A stretch of DNA of 64,000 bases from an uncultured Acidobacteriota bacterium (GTDB taxonomy: Bacteria > Acidobacteriota > Polarisedimenticolia > J045): positions 128,001 through 192,000 of the forward strand of contig CAVPCQ010000032.1 of the NCBI GenBank assembly GCA_963702425.1, given 5' to 3'. The position numbers and the translations under genes were made by a program. Below the pieces are notes generated by a model that saw nothing but the letters and a program-made list of their open reading frames with translations, did no database searches and was not told the origin of the DNA. Shown here piece by piece: positions 20,088 through 28,654 of this stretch (the first letter of the stretch is position 1; every line of letters begins with the position of its first letter).

Positions 20088-22856
20088 TCACCTCCCCTTC
20101 CTGTCCCCCGGGTGATCGGTCGTTTCCTGCACGAACCCGCGCGCGGCGCGGGTCCGCTGGGTGCGGGACGCGCGCGGGTCGTCGAGGACCTGCCGCTCCA
20201 GCCGGTCCGCTGCCGCCTTGTCCCCTGCGCGGCGCCTTGCCTCGGCCTCGGCCAGCAGCGCCAGCAGCCGCAGGCCATGACGTTCGGAGCGTCCCGCGGC
20301 CGCGGCGAGTGCCGCGAGCCGCCGTGCCGCGTCGGCCGCGCGTCCCTCCGCGGCCTCGAGCTCTCCCGCCGCCAGCTCGGCGAGTTGCCCGACATTGGCG
20401 TTGCCGCCCACCGCCATCTGCAGCGCCTGGTCCACGTCGCGCCGCGCCGCGGCACGCTCGTCCAGCGCGATCAGCACCCGCGCCCGCGTCGCCAGCGCCA
20501 TGCCGAGCAGGTCGAGGTCGCCCTGCGATCCGTTCAGCTCGACCGCCGAGTCGGCCGGCGGCCGAGCCTCGGCTGGCCGACCCGCCGTCAGCCGAAGGTC
20601 TGCGAGCGCGGCCGAGAGGTACGCGACGTTGGCCAGCGCCGTCTCCCGCCGCTCCGTTGCGGCGCCGTCATCATCCCGCGCCGCCGCGTTCTCGCGTTCG
20701 AGGAGCCGCTCGATCGCCCCGATCGCCTCCGCCTCCCGCCCGCCGTACGCCGCCACGTGCGCGAGCACGACCTCGCCGGCGATCTCGTCGCTCGGCTCAT
20801 CGGCCTCGCGGGCGAGGTCGCGCAATTCGGTCGCCCAGCGCGCGGCCTCGTCCATCCGTACCTCCTCCTGTAGCAACCCGGCGAGGTTCCCGCGCGCCAT
20901 CCGCCCCATCTCCGCGTCCTCGAGCATCGCCGACTGGTCGATGACGCGGCGGAGGAGCGGCTCCGCCTCGGGGAACCGCGCGGCGCGGTAGAGAGCGACC
21001 GCCCGGCTGTTGAGCGTCAGGTTGAGCAGCGACAGGTCCCCGCCGTCGCTGGCCAGCCGTTCCGTCCCTTCGAGCAGCCGGAGCGCCCCGCTCACGTCGT
21101 TCGCCAGCAGCCGGATGTTCGCCGCGGCGGCGCTCGCACCGACCGCCAGCACATCGAGGCCGGCGTCGCGGTAGAGGCGTGCCGACTCCTCGTACTGCTG
21201 AAGCGCCGTGTCGTGGTCCCCGCGTTCGATCGCGAGCTTGGCGCGGGCCCGCGCGATCTTGGCCGCCCCGAACGGGATCTTCAGTCGATCCGCCGCGGCT
21301 GCGGCCTCGTCGAGCGACCGCGCGGCGCCGGTGAAGTCGCCGCCGTCCCCGAGGATCGCGCCCCGCAGCAGCAGTGCGTCCGGGTCGAGAGGATGCGAGG
21401 CGAGGTGGCGATTCAGGGTCGCCAGCGCCCGCTCGCCGCTCCCGGCCGCACCGCTCGTCCGCTGGGCCGCTGCCAGCTCGATCAGGACGTTCGGGGTCTC
21501 CGGGTAGAGCGACGCCGTCTGCTCGAGCGCGGCCAGCCGCTCGCGGGCGTCGCCGAGCACGACCGCGCGCACCTGCCGCACCGCCAAAGCCTCCCGACTT
21601 CGCGGATCGAGCCGCCGCCGCGCGGCCTCGGCCTCGGCCCGCCCGAGGGCCTCTCGAGCGCGCCGTTCCTGGCCCGACTCCATCAGGAGCCTCGCGCGCT
21701 CCAGCTCGAACTCGAGCAGCCGCGGCTCGTCTCGCAGTTCGTCCTCGACGAGGGCGAGAGCCTCGCGGTAGCGTCCCTCGCTGCGCAGCGACTGCGCCCG
21801 GGCCAGGAGCTGCGCCTGCCCCGCGTTCAGGGTCGCGACTTCTTTCCCCCGGTCGCGCAGCACCCACCAGGCTCCGGCGCCGGCCGCCACCGTGAGCGCG
21901 ACGGCGACGACGGCACCGATCGCGCGGCGATGCGGCTCGAGGAGGTCGAAAAGGCTCCGCAGCGGGTTCGGGCGTTCGTCGGCTGCCTCCAGCGCCCGCG
22001 CCACTTCTTCCGCCAACTGGTAGCGCTCGGCGCGCTCCTTGCGCAGCAGCCTGTGGACGATCTCGCGCAACCGCCCGGCGCGGCGCAACGTCGGCGGCTC
22101 GACGCCCCGGTTCGGCGACTCCACCAGCAGCGCGGCCGTCGTGTCGGCGCCGGTTCCGCGCTGGAAAGGATGGACTCCGGTCAGCGCCTCGTAGAGCACG
22201 AGGCCCAGCGAGAAGAGATCCGAACGGCTGTCGATATCCGCTTGCCCGCGGGCCTGCTCGGGCGACATGTAGAGCCTGGTCCCGACGATCGTCCCCTCCT
22301 GCGTCAGCTCGGCGACGGTCGTCTGGGTCTCCGTACCGTCCGCAGCGACAACGACACGCTTCGCGATGCCGAAGTCGAGCACCTTGACGTGCCCGCTCTC
22401 GGTGATCATCACGTTGCCCGGCTTGAGGTCGCGGTGGACGAGGCCGGCACCGTGAATCGCGGCCAGCGCCTCGGCAATCTGCTGGCCCCAGCGCCGAATG
22501 TCGCGGCGCGACACGCCGTCCTTGATGACGGAGGAGAGCGGTCGGCCGCGAACGTACTCCATCACCAGGAACAGGCGGTCGTCGCGCTCGACGACGTCGA
22601 GCATCTGCGCGATGTAGGGATGGGAGACGCGCAGCGTGTTCCGGATTTCATCTTCGAAGCGAGTGCGCAGCCGGGGGCTCGGCACGTGATCGGCGGGCAG
22701 CGCCTTGACGGCGACCAGGCGGGACAACTGCGTGTCCTCGGCGAGGTAGACCTCTCCCATCCCGCCGCGGCCGATGAGGCGCAGGATCGCGTAGCGGCCG
22801 ATGCGCTGTCCGACCCACGTGTCGCTCACCGCGCTCGATCGGTCCTCATCGACCAC
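20088..22856 (-). CDS. Membrane Hanks-type Ser/Thr kinase with C-terminal TPR domain
   Basis: GRGGMG, VAVK, HRDLKPGN, DFG, YMSPEQ; TM helix; TPR-like repeats. Start is GTG at 22856 or 22829; the longer track ORF is antisense shadow of the ABC genes. Confidence 0.92.
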   Translation of the reverse strand: MVDEDRSSAVSDTWVGQRIGRYAILRLIGRGGMGEVYLAEDTQLSRLVAVKALPADHVPSPRLRTRFEDEIRNTLRVSHPYIAQMLDVVERDDRLFLVMEYVRGRPLSSVIKDGVSRRDIRRWGQQIAEALAAIHGAGLVHRDLKPGNVMITESGHVKVLDFGIAKRVVVAADGTETQTTVAELTQEGTIVGTRLYMSPEQARGQADIDSRSDLFSLGLVLYEALTGVHPFQRGTGADTTAALLVESPNRGVEPPTLRRAGRLREIVHRLLRKERAERYQLAEEVARALEAADERPNPLRSLFDLLEPHRRAIGAVVAVALTVAAGAGAWWVLRDRGKEVATLNAGQAQLLARAQSLRSEGRYREALALVEDELRDEPRLLEFELERARLLMESGQERRAREALGRAEAEAARRRLDPRSREALAVRQVRAVVLGDARERLAALEQTASLYPETPNVLIELAAAQRTSGAAGSGERALATLNRHLASHPLDPDALLLRGAILGDGGDFTGAARSLDEAAAAADRLKIPFGAAKIARARAKLAIERGDHDTALQQYEESARLYRDAGLDVLAVGASAAAANIRLLANDVSGALRLLEGTERLASDGGDLSLLNLTLNSRAVALYRAARFPEAEPLLRRVIDQSAMLEDAEMGRMARGNLAGLLQEEVRMDEAARWATELRDLAREADEPSDEIAGEVVLAHVAAYGGREAEAIGAIERLLERENAAARDDDGAATERRETALANVAYLSAALADLRLTAGRPAEARPPADSAVELNGSQGDLDLLGMALATRARVLIALDERAAARRDVDQALQMAVGGNANVGQLAELAAGELEAAEGRAADAARRLAALAAAAGRSERHGLRLLALLAEAEARRRAGDKAAADRLERQVLDDPRASRTQRTRAARGFVQETTDHPGDRKGR

Positions 22857-23057
22857 GCGCCCCCCAAGCTGCCGCCCGGACGGCTCTCGCGCCGCCCGCC
22901 CGTGCGGAGTGGCCGCGGCTTCCCCCGAGGTCCGGGGCGGCCGGACGCCAAGGTTAGACCCGCAGCCGGAGGCGAAACCAGCACCCCCCGGCGGGAGGCT
23001 GCTCGGGAACCGACCCCGCACGGGCGCTCGCCTGCGGCCGGGGTATGATCCCGCCCC

Positions 23058-24035
23058 ATGTCGGTCGCCCTCTACACGAAGGACCTGCGAAAGACCTACC
23101 CGGGCAAGCCGCCGGTGGAGGCGGTACGCGGACTCGACCTGTCGGTCCCGGCCGGGATCACATTCGGCCTGCTCGGACCGAACGGAGCCGGGAAGACCAC
23201 GACCGTCGAGATCCTGGAAGGCCTTCTGGAGCCGACGGCGGGACAGGTCGAGGTCCTGGGCCTGACCTGGGCCCGGGACGCGGCGGCGCTGCGCGAGCGG
23301 ATCGGCGTCTCGCTCCAGGAGACGCAGCTCGCCGAGAAGCTGACCGTAGCGGAGACGGTCTCCCTGTTCGCGTCGTTCTACCGGCGTCCCCGCGATCCGG
23401 ACGAGCTGATCGAGCTGGTCGGCTTGCAGGAGAAGCGCGACGCGTGGGTCGTGAACCTCTCCGGCGGGCAGAAGCAGCGGCTGGCGGTGGCGACCGCGCT
23501 GGTCGGCGATCCCGAGCTGCTGTTCCTCGACGAACCGACGACGGGCCTCGACCCGCAGTCGCGGCGCCAGCTCTGGGACGTGATCCGCGAGCTGCGGAGC
23601 CGCGGCCGGACGATCCTGCTGACGACCCACTACATGGACGAGGCCGAGCGGCTGTCGGACCTGGTCGCGGTCGTCGATCACGGGAAGGTCATCGCGCTCG
23701 GCTCGCCGGCCGAGCTGATCGCGTCGCTCGGCGGAGAGCACGTGATCGAGTTCGCGGTCGAGAACGACGCGGGCGCGGCGAACGCCGCAGGCGACGCGGG
23801 GGACGGCGACGCCGGGCTGCCGCTCGAGCCGCTCCGGGGTCTCCCCTCGGTGATCGGGGTGCGGACCGAGGCGGGTAGCGTGCAGCTCACGGTCGGCGAG
23901 CCGCACCTGGCGATCCCGGCCCTGCTCGACCACCTCGACCGCGAGCGGCGCCACATGACGCGGCTGACGACGCGCCACGCCAGCCTCGAGGATGTCTTCG
24001 TCAACCTGACCGGGAGGCACCTGCGCGATGGCTAG
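23058..24035 (+). CDS. ABC-2 type exporter ATP-binding protein
   Basis: GPNGAGKTT, LSGGQ, LFLDEPT, TTHYM. Confidence 0.95.
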   Translation: MSVALYTKDLRKTYPGKPPVEAVRGLDLSVPAGITFGLLGPNGAGKTTTVEILEGLLEPTAGQVEVLGLTWARDAAALRERIGVSLQETQLAEKLTVAETVSLFASFYRRPRDPDELIELVGLQEKRDAWVVNLSGGQKQRLAVATALVGDPELLFLDEPTTGLDPQSRRQLWDVIRELRSRGRTILLTTHYMDEAERLSDLVAVVDHGKVIALGSPAELIASLGGEHVIEFAVENDAGAANAAGDAGDGDAGLPLEPLRGLPSVIGVRTEAGSVQLTVGEPHLAIPALLDHLDRERRHMTRLTTRHASLEDVFVNLTGRHLRDG

Positions 24036-25071
24036 GCGGAGCGCGTTCGCGTCGCTGTTGCTGGCGCGGCTGAAGGAGTTCGTCCGCGAGCCGGAGGTCA
24101 TCTTCTGGGTCTTCGGCTTCCCGGTGCTGCTGGCGCTCGCGCTGGGGATCGCGTTCCGCAACAAGCCGCCCGACCACGTCGCGGTCGGCGTCGTCGAGTC
24201 CGACGGGGCTGCGCGGGTGGTCGAGGCGCTGGCCGCGGCGAAGGAGTTCGACGTCGTGCGCCTCGCGCCCGACGAGGCCGCGCAGCGTCTGCGCATGGGA
24301 AAGGTCGCGCTGGTCGTCGTGCCCGGCGCGACGCTCGAGTACCGCTTCGACCCGACCCGCCCCGACTCGAGCCTCGCCCGGCGGATGGTGGACGACGCGC
24401 TGCAGCGCGCGTCCGGCCGGACCGACCCGGTCACGGTCACCGAGGTCCTGGTGGCCGAGCCGGGGGCGCGCTACATCGACTTCCTGATCCCCGGCCTGCT
24501 GGGGATGAACATCATGAGCGGCGGAATGTGGGGCGTCGGCTTCGCGCTGGTCGACATGCGCACCAAGAAGCTGCTCAAGCGGCTGGTCGCGACGCCGATG
24601 AAACGGCGCGACTTCCTGGGGGCGATGATGGGCAGCCGCGGGCTGTTCGTCGTGCTCGAGATGGTGCTGATGCTGGCGCTGGGCTGGCTGGTGTTCGGGA
24701 TGGTCGTGCGGGGGTCGCTGCTCGGCATCACGCTGCTGGCGGTGCTCGGCGCGTTCTGCTTCGCGTCGCTGGGGCTGCTCGTCGCCAGCCGGGCGAAGAA
24801 GATCGAGACCGTCACCGGCCTGATCAACCTGGTGATGCTGCCGATGTTCGTGTTCTCCGGGATCTTCTTCTCGTCCGAGCGCTTTCCGGCGGCGATCCAG
24901 CCGCTCATCAAAGCGCTGCCGCTGACGGCGCTCAACGACGCGCTGCGGGCCTCGATCCTGGAGGGGGCCGCGCTGGTCGATCCCGCGCAACTGGCCCGGG
25001 TCGGGATCCTGCTTGCCTGGGGCGGGATCTCCTTCGTCTTGGCGCTGCGCTGGTTCCGCTGGTCGTCGTAG
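24028..25071 (+). CDS. ABC-2 type exporter permease
   Basis: N-terminal TM, extracytoplasmic loop, YIDFLIPG, LKRLVATP, FSGIFF; overlaps the ATPase gene. Confidence 0.93.
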   Translation: MARRSAFASLLLARLKEFVREPEVIFWVFGFPVLLALALGIAFRNKPPDHVAVGVVESDGAARVVEALAAAKEFDVVRLAPDEAAQRLRMGKVALVVVPGATLEYRFDPTRPDSSLARRMVDDALQRASGRTDPVTVTEVLVAEPGARYIDFLIPGLLGMNIMSGGMWGVGFALVDMRTKKLLKRLVATPMKRRDFLGAMMGSRGLFVVLEMVLMLALGWLVFGMVVRGSLLGITLLAVLGAFCFASLGLLVASRAKKIETVTGLINLVMLPMFVFSGIFFSSERFPAAIQPLIKALPLTALNDALRASILEGAALVDPAQLARVGILLAWGGISFVLALRWFRWSS

Positions 25072-25094
25072 GAGCCGCCCTCCGTGGCGGCCCG
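25068..25094 (+). repeat. GTAG-type REP palindrome overlapping the permease stop codon
   Basis: GTAGGAGCCGCCCTCCGTGGCGGCCCG differs by one base from the reverse complement of 11613..11639. Confidence 0.65.
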
Positions 25095-25117
25095 AATGCC
25101 GGACGGGCTCGGCGGCC

Positions 25118-27298
25118 TCAGCAGCCGACGGTGCGGTACGTCGCTACGAGCTCGAGGGACACGCCGGGCGGTGCGGGACCGGAGAGGAGCAGGAACGTCT
25201 GGCCGACGTTCTCGTCCTCGGTGGCCTCGAGCAGGAGATCGGCCCGGCCGTCTCCGTCCAGGTCGCCGACCCAGGAAACGCTCCACGGCTCCGGGTCTCC
25301 GGAGAACCCGGTCTCGGCGGTGAAGAGCGTCTGCGTTCGCCCGGCGGAGTGGAGTTCGAGCCGGAACCCGGACTCCCCGGCCCGAACCCGCCGGATTTCG
25401 AGGTCCTCCCTCCCGTACCGGAGCGACGCGACGCCACCGCGAACCGGCGAGGCTGTCCCTTCCGTCAGCGCACGCGCTCTCAGTCCCGGCACGTTGCGCA
25501 GGAAGACCAGCGGTTCTTCGCAGTCGCGGGCCACAGCCTCCGCACCCGTCTCCTCGGACTCCGTGTCGAGAACCGCGTCGTTCACGAGCCGTACGGAGAC
25601 AGGCACCTGCTTCAGCTCCCGCTTCTCTTTCGGACCGCAGATCGCCCACCACGCGCCGTCGGCGTTCAACGGGACTTCATCTCCGTGATGCGGGCCCGGC
25701 CGCAGGATCTGCGGCGGCTCGCCTTCCAGCTTCGCTTCGCGCCAGCGGCGCCAGGTCGCGGCGTCGAGGCCGTAGTCGCGCCCGGTGAGCTCCTTCAGCG
25801 CCGCGGCGGCGGATTGCCGCTGCGCGGGCGGGCCGCCCTCCAGGCCCGCGATCAGCATCGGAACGAGAACACGCGGCGTGGGGCCGCACAGCAGGAGGGT
25901 CCTCTTGGCCGCCTCGCGGACCTCGGGCTGTTCGTCCCCCATCCCTGCGAGGAGGAACGGGACGCGGTCGCCGGGGACGGGAATCCTGTAGTCGAGCAGG
26001 ACCGTGAAGCTGCTCCGGCGGGCGGCGGGATCCGACAGCGCATCGAGCAGGGCGGTCCGGATCAACGGGTCCTTGTCCCGGTCGTAGAGGCGGCCGACGG
26101 CCCCCGCGTCCCGCGCGTTCCCGCTGGCGAGCAGGGAGCGGATGCGCTGCGTCCTCGCGGATGCGTCCAGCGACCGGAACTCCGCGAGCGCTCCTTCGTT
26201 CGCGCGCGGGGAGGTCGACACGACGCGCTCGGAGAACGGTCGCGGGTCGACGGGCACGGGCTCGCCGTACTGCACGAGCCCCGCCGCTGCGAGGTCCCGG
26301 ATCCACTCGTCGGGGTCGGCCATCGCCGCGAGGAAGACGGGGACCGCCCGTTCCCTGGGCAGCGGCCCGTAGAACAGGAAAGTGACGGTCCGGGCGCGAT
26401 CCTGGTCCGACTTGTCGGGCCGGTACTGGAAGCGGGGGTCGCCGTAATAGCTCGCCTCGGGGTCGAGGGTCCTCACGATGCTGCCAAGCCGCCGGAGCAG
26501 CGCTTCGTGGGACCGATCGATGGAGCCGTAGCTGTAGTAGCGGAGCCAGTTGGCGAGCGGAGCGGCGGCGGGCCGCGCGGCGGCGCCATACGGAAGGAGC
26601 TGCTCGCCGATCGCGACCACTCGCGCCGGCTGCGGGTAGGCGGAGCCTCGGGCCTCGAGCTCGGCCATCAGCCCGCGGACCGCGGCGGGGAGGTCGGCGG
26701 CTGGGGACGGTGGCGCCGGTCCGGCGGCGGGCGCGGCCGGGGACGGCGTGATCGGGGTTCCAGGCGGCGGCGTGATCGGCATTCCCGGCTGCTCGAGATC
26801 CGCCGCGCTGCGCGCGAACCAGCTCTGGTCTTCGAAGAGATTGGAGCGAATCCGCATCCACTCGTTGGCCAGGGAGGCCGGTGGCGCTCCGGGAGGCAGG
26901 TTCTTCGCCCCGGCCGCGAGCCGCCGGAGCTCGAGGGCCTCGAGCGCGAGAAAGCGGGAGTCGGAGAAGGACTTAACGCGGCCGGCCAGCACGTCGAGCT
27001 GCGTGGAGAGCGCATTGCGGCGCGCGGCGTCGACGGGGCCCTCCTCGAAGACGAGGCGGTCGATCTCGACGATCGCCTCCCGGAACTCGTCCGCGCTCAG
27101 TGTCACCGGCGTCGGTGCGAATGCACTGAAGTCGGCGTCTCCCTGGCAACTCGCGAGGACGAGGACCGACAGCGCCGAGAGGAGCAGGAAGCCGATGGCG
27201 GCGAGGTGCCCCGGTCCGCTGCTGCGCCGGCCCACGGGCCCGTGCCGCCTCCGGGCGCGCGGTCGATCGAGGGGAACGAGTCGCTGGCTGCGGTTCAC
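25118..27298 (-). CDS. HEAT-repeat lipoprotein with a C-terminal FG-GAP-like motif
   Basis: Lipobox VLASC; Pro-rich linker; HEAT-like units (DPDEWIRDLAA, DEQPEVREAA, ALKELTGRDYG); GDLDGDGRADLLL. Start uncertain. Confidence 0.7.
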   Translation of the reverse strand: MNRSQRLVPLDRPRARRRHGPVGRRSSGPGHLAAIGFLLLSALSVLVLASCQGDADFSAFAPTPVTLSADEFREAIVEIDRLVFEEGPVDAARRNALSTQLDVLAGRVKSFSDSRFLALEALELRRLAAGAKNLPPGAPPASLANEWMRIRSNLFEDQSWFARSAADLEQPGMPITPPPGTPITPSPAAPAAGPAPPSPAADLPAAVRGLMAELEARGSAYPQPARVVAIGEQLLPYGAAARPAAAPLANWLRYYSYGSIDRSHEALLRRLGSIVRTLDPEASYYGDPRFQYRPDKSDQDRARTVTFLFYGPLPRERAVPVFLAAMADPDEWIRDLAAAGLVQYGEPVPVDPRPFSERVVSTSPRANEGALAEFRSLDASARTQRIRSLLASGNARDAGAVGRLYDRDKDPLIRTALLDALSDPAARRSSFTVLLDYRIPVPGDRVPFLLAGMGDEQPEVREAAKRTLLLCGPTPRVLVPMLIAGLEGGPPAQRQSAAAALKELTGRDYGLDAATWRRWREAKLEGEPPQILRPGPHHGDEVPLNADGAWWAICGPKEKRELKQVPVSVRLVNDAVLDTESEETGAEAVARDCEEPLVFLRNVPGLRARALTEGTASPVRGGVASLRYGREDLEIRRVRAGESGFRLELHSAGRTQTLFTAETGFSGDPEPWSVSWVGDLDGDGRADLLLEATEDENVGQTFLLLSGPAPPGVSLELVATYRTVGC

Positions 27299-27430
27299 GA
27301 TGGTGCGAGGGTAGCACCGAGGGGGTCCGGCCCGGCGCCCGACGTCCGATCCACCGCGGGAGCACCCACGCCGGCTAACCACGCCGCGTCCCGCCATGGC
27401 GCCCCCGCTCGGGGGGCTATCCTCCAGCGC

Positions 27431-27889
27431 ATGGGGAAGGTGAGCGCCATCCTCGTTCCGCTGGCGGTCGCCCTGGTGGGTGCCATCGCCTGCGCCGCCG
27501 GCGCCTGGTTCTGGACGCTCGGGCGGGAGTTCCGGTCGCGCGGTGTCACAGCGCACGCCCTGGTGCTCGAGAAGTACCGCAAGAGCGACGAGCTCCCGCT
27601 CGAGAACTTCTACGCTCGCGTCTCGTTCACCGACGCGAATCAGCGTCCGCACGAGGTCGACGTCAAGCTCCACTCCCGCGCCTGGCGCAGCGTGCACGAG
27701 GGGGAGACGACGCTGATCACCTACCTTGCGGACGATCCGGAGAAGGTGCTCGGCGGGCCGCGGGTCGGCCGGCAGATCGTCGGCGCGCTCCTGTTCTTCT
27801 TCGTGGCCGTTTCTGCGGGGCTCACGCTCTTCGCTCTCATCGAGTTGTTCAAGGCGCTCTTCGTCCGGACGGCCGCGCCGGGCGGCTGA
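27431..27889 (+). CDS. DUF3592-like membrane protein
   Basis: TM - small beta domain (RGVTAHALV...ITYLADDP) - TM architecture. Confidence 0.7.
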   Translation: MGKVSAILVPLAVALVGAIACAAGAWFWTLGREFRSRGVTAHALVLEKYRKSDELPLENFYARVSFTDANQRPHEVDVKLHSRAWRSVHEGETTLITYLADDPEKVLGGPRVGRQIVGALLFFFVAVSAGLTLFALIELFKALFVRTAAPGG

Positions 27890-27905
27890 GTCCGGGTCAC
27901 CCGCG

Positions 27906-28583
27906 ATGCAGACGCGAGACGGAGGGGCCGTGGACCGCACGATGGTGCTCACGATCGCCGGGTTCCTGGCCGTGGCAATCGCCGTCCTCGTCATCGCGCG
28001 GATCCAGGGCAGGCGCGAGACCGCGGCGCGGGATCGGTTCATCGCGAGCCACGGGTGGGAGGAGTTGCGCGAACCGCCGGCCGACCTGCTTGCCGCGCTC
28101 GAGCTTCTCGCCCCGGTCCGGTACCAGGTGACGACGAAGGTCGTGTCGATGGAGCAGAGTCCGCGCCGGGCCTACTTCTTCGGCTATGACGTGCAGACGA
28201 GCGCCCGCGACCGTGGCACGACCGGCTACGCGTGCCTCGTCGAACACTTCGGTCCACGGCCGGACACGCCGGTGGAGATCAGCCGCCGCGTGCCGCTGAT
28301 CGAGAAGCTGACGTCGGACAGGCTCGACGTCGGCTCGCCCGGGTTCCGCGAGGGCTGGCTCGTCCTGGGCGAGCAGCCGGGCGCCGCCGCGCAACTGGTC
28401 AACGCCGACGTACAGCGCCTGATGGTCGCCCACGACGCCGGGCCCGCGTGGAAGCTGGACGTCGACTTCGTCGGTCCGTGGGTCCTCGTCGGCAGCCACT
28501 GGGCGGCAGGGCCGGAGGAGTGGGAGTACCTCGTGAAGCTGAGCCGCGGGCTAGCGGACGCCGTGGGGCCGGAGCTTCGCTAG
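27906..28583 (+). CDS. Hypothetical membrane-anchored protein
   Basis: N-terminal TM helix; protein-like composition; co-directional with the previous gene. Confidence 0.7.
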   Translation: MQTRDGGAVDRTMVLTIAGFLAVAIAVLVIARIQGRRETAARDRFIASHGWEELREPPADLLAALELLAPVRYQVTTKVVSMEQSPRRAYFFGYDVQTSARDRGTTGYACLVEHFGPRPDTPVEISRRVPLIEKLTSDRLDVGSPGFREGWLVLGEQPGAAAQLVNADVQRLMVAHDAGPAWKLDVDFVGPWVLVGSHWAAGPEEWEYLVKLSRGLADAVGPELR

Positions 28584-28654
28584 AGCTACCCCGCAGACGT
28601 CCGGCCGATGCGGCCGGCACCCGGCCGCCTTGGGCGCGTCGCCTCGGCCATCGC

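Noticed and set aside
20088-24440. 1450-aa kinase with a long N-terminal extension
   Set aside because: The extension is the antisense of the ABC transporter genes; the kinase starts near 22856.
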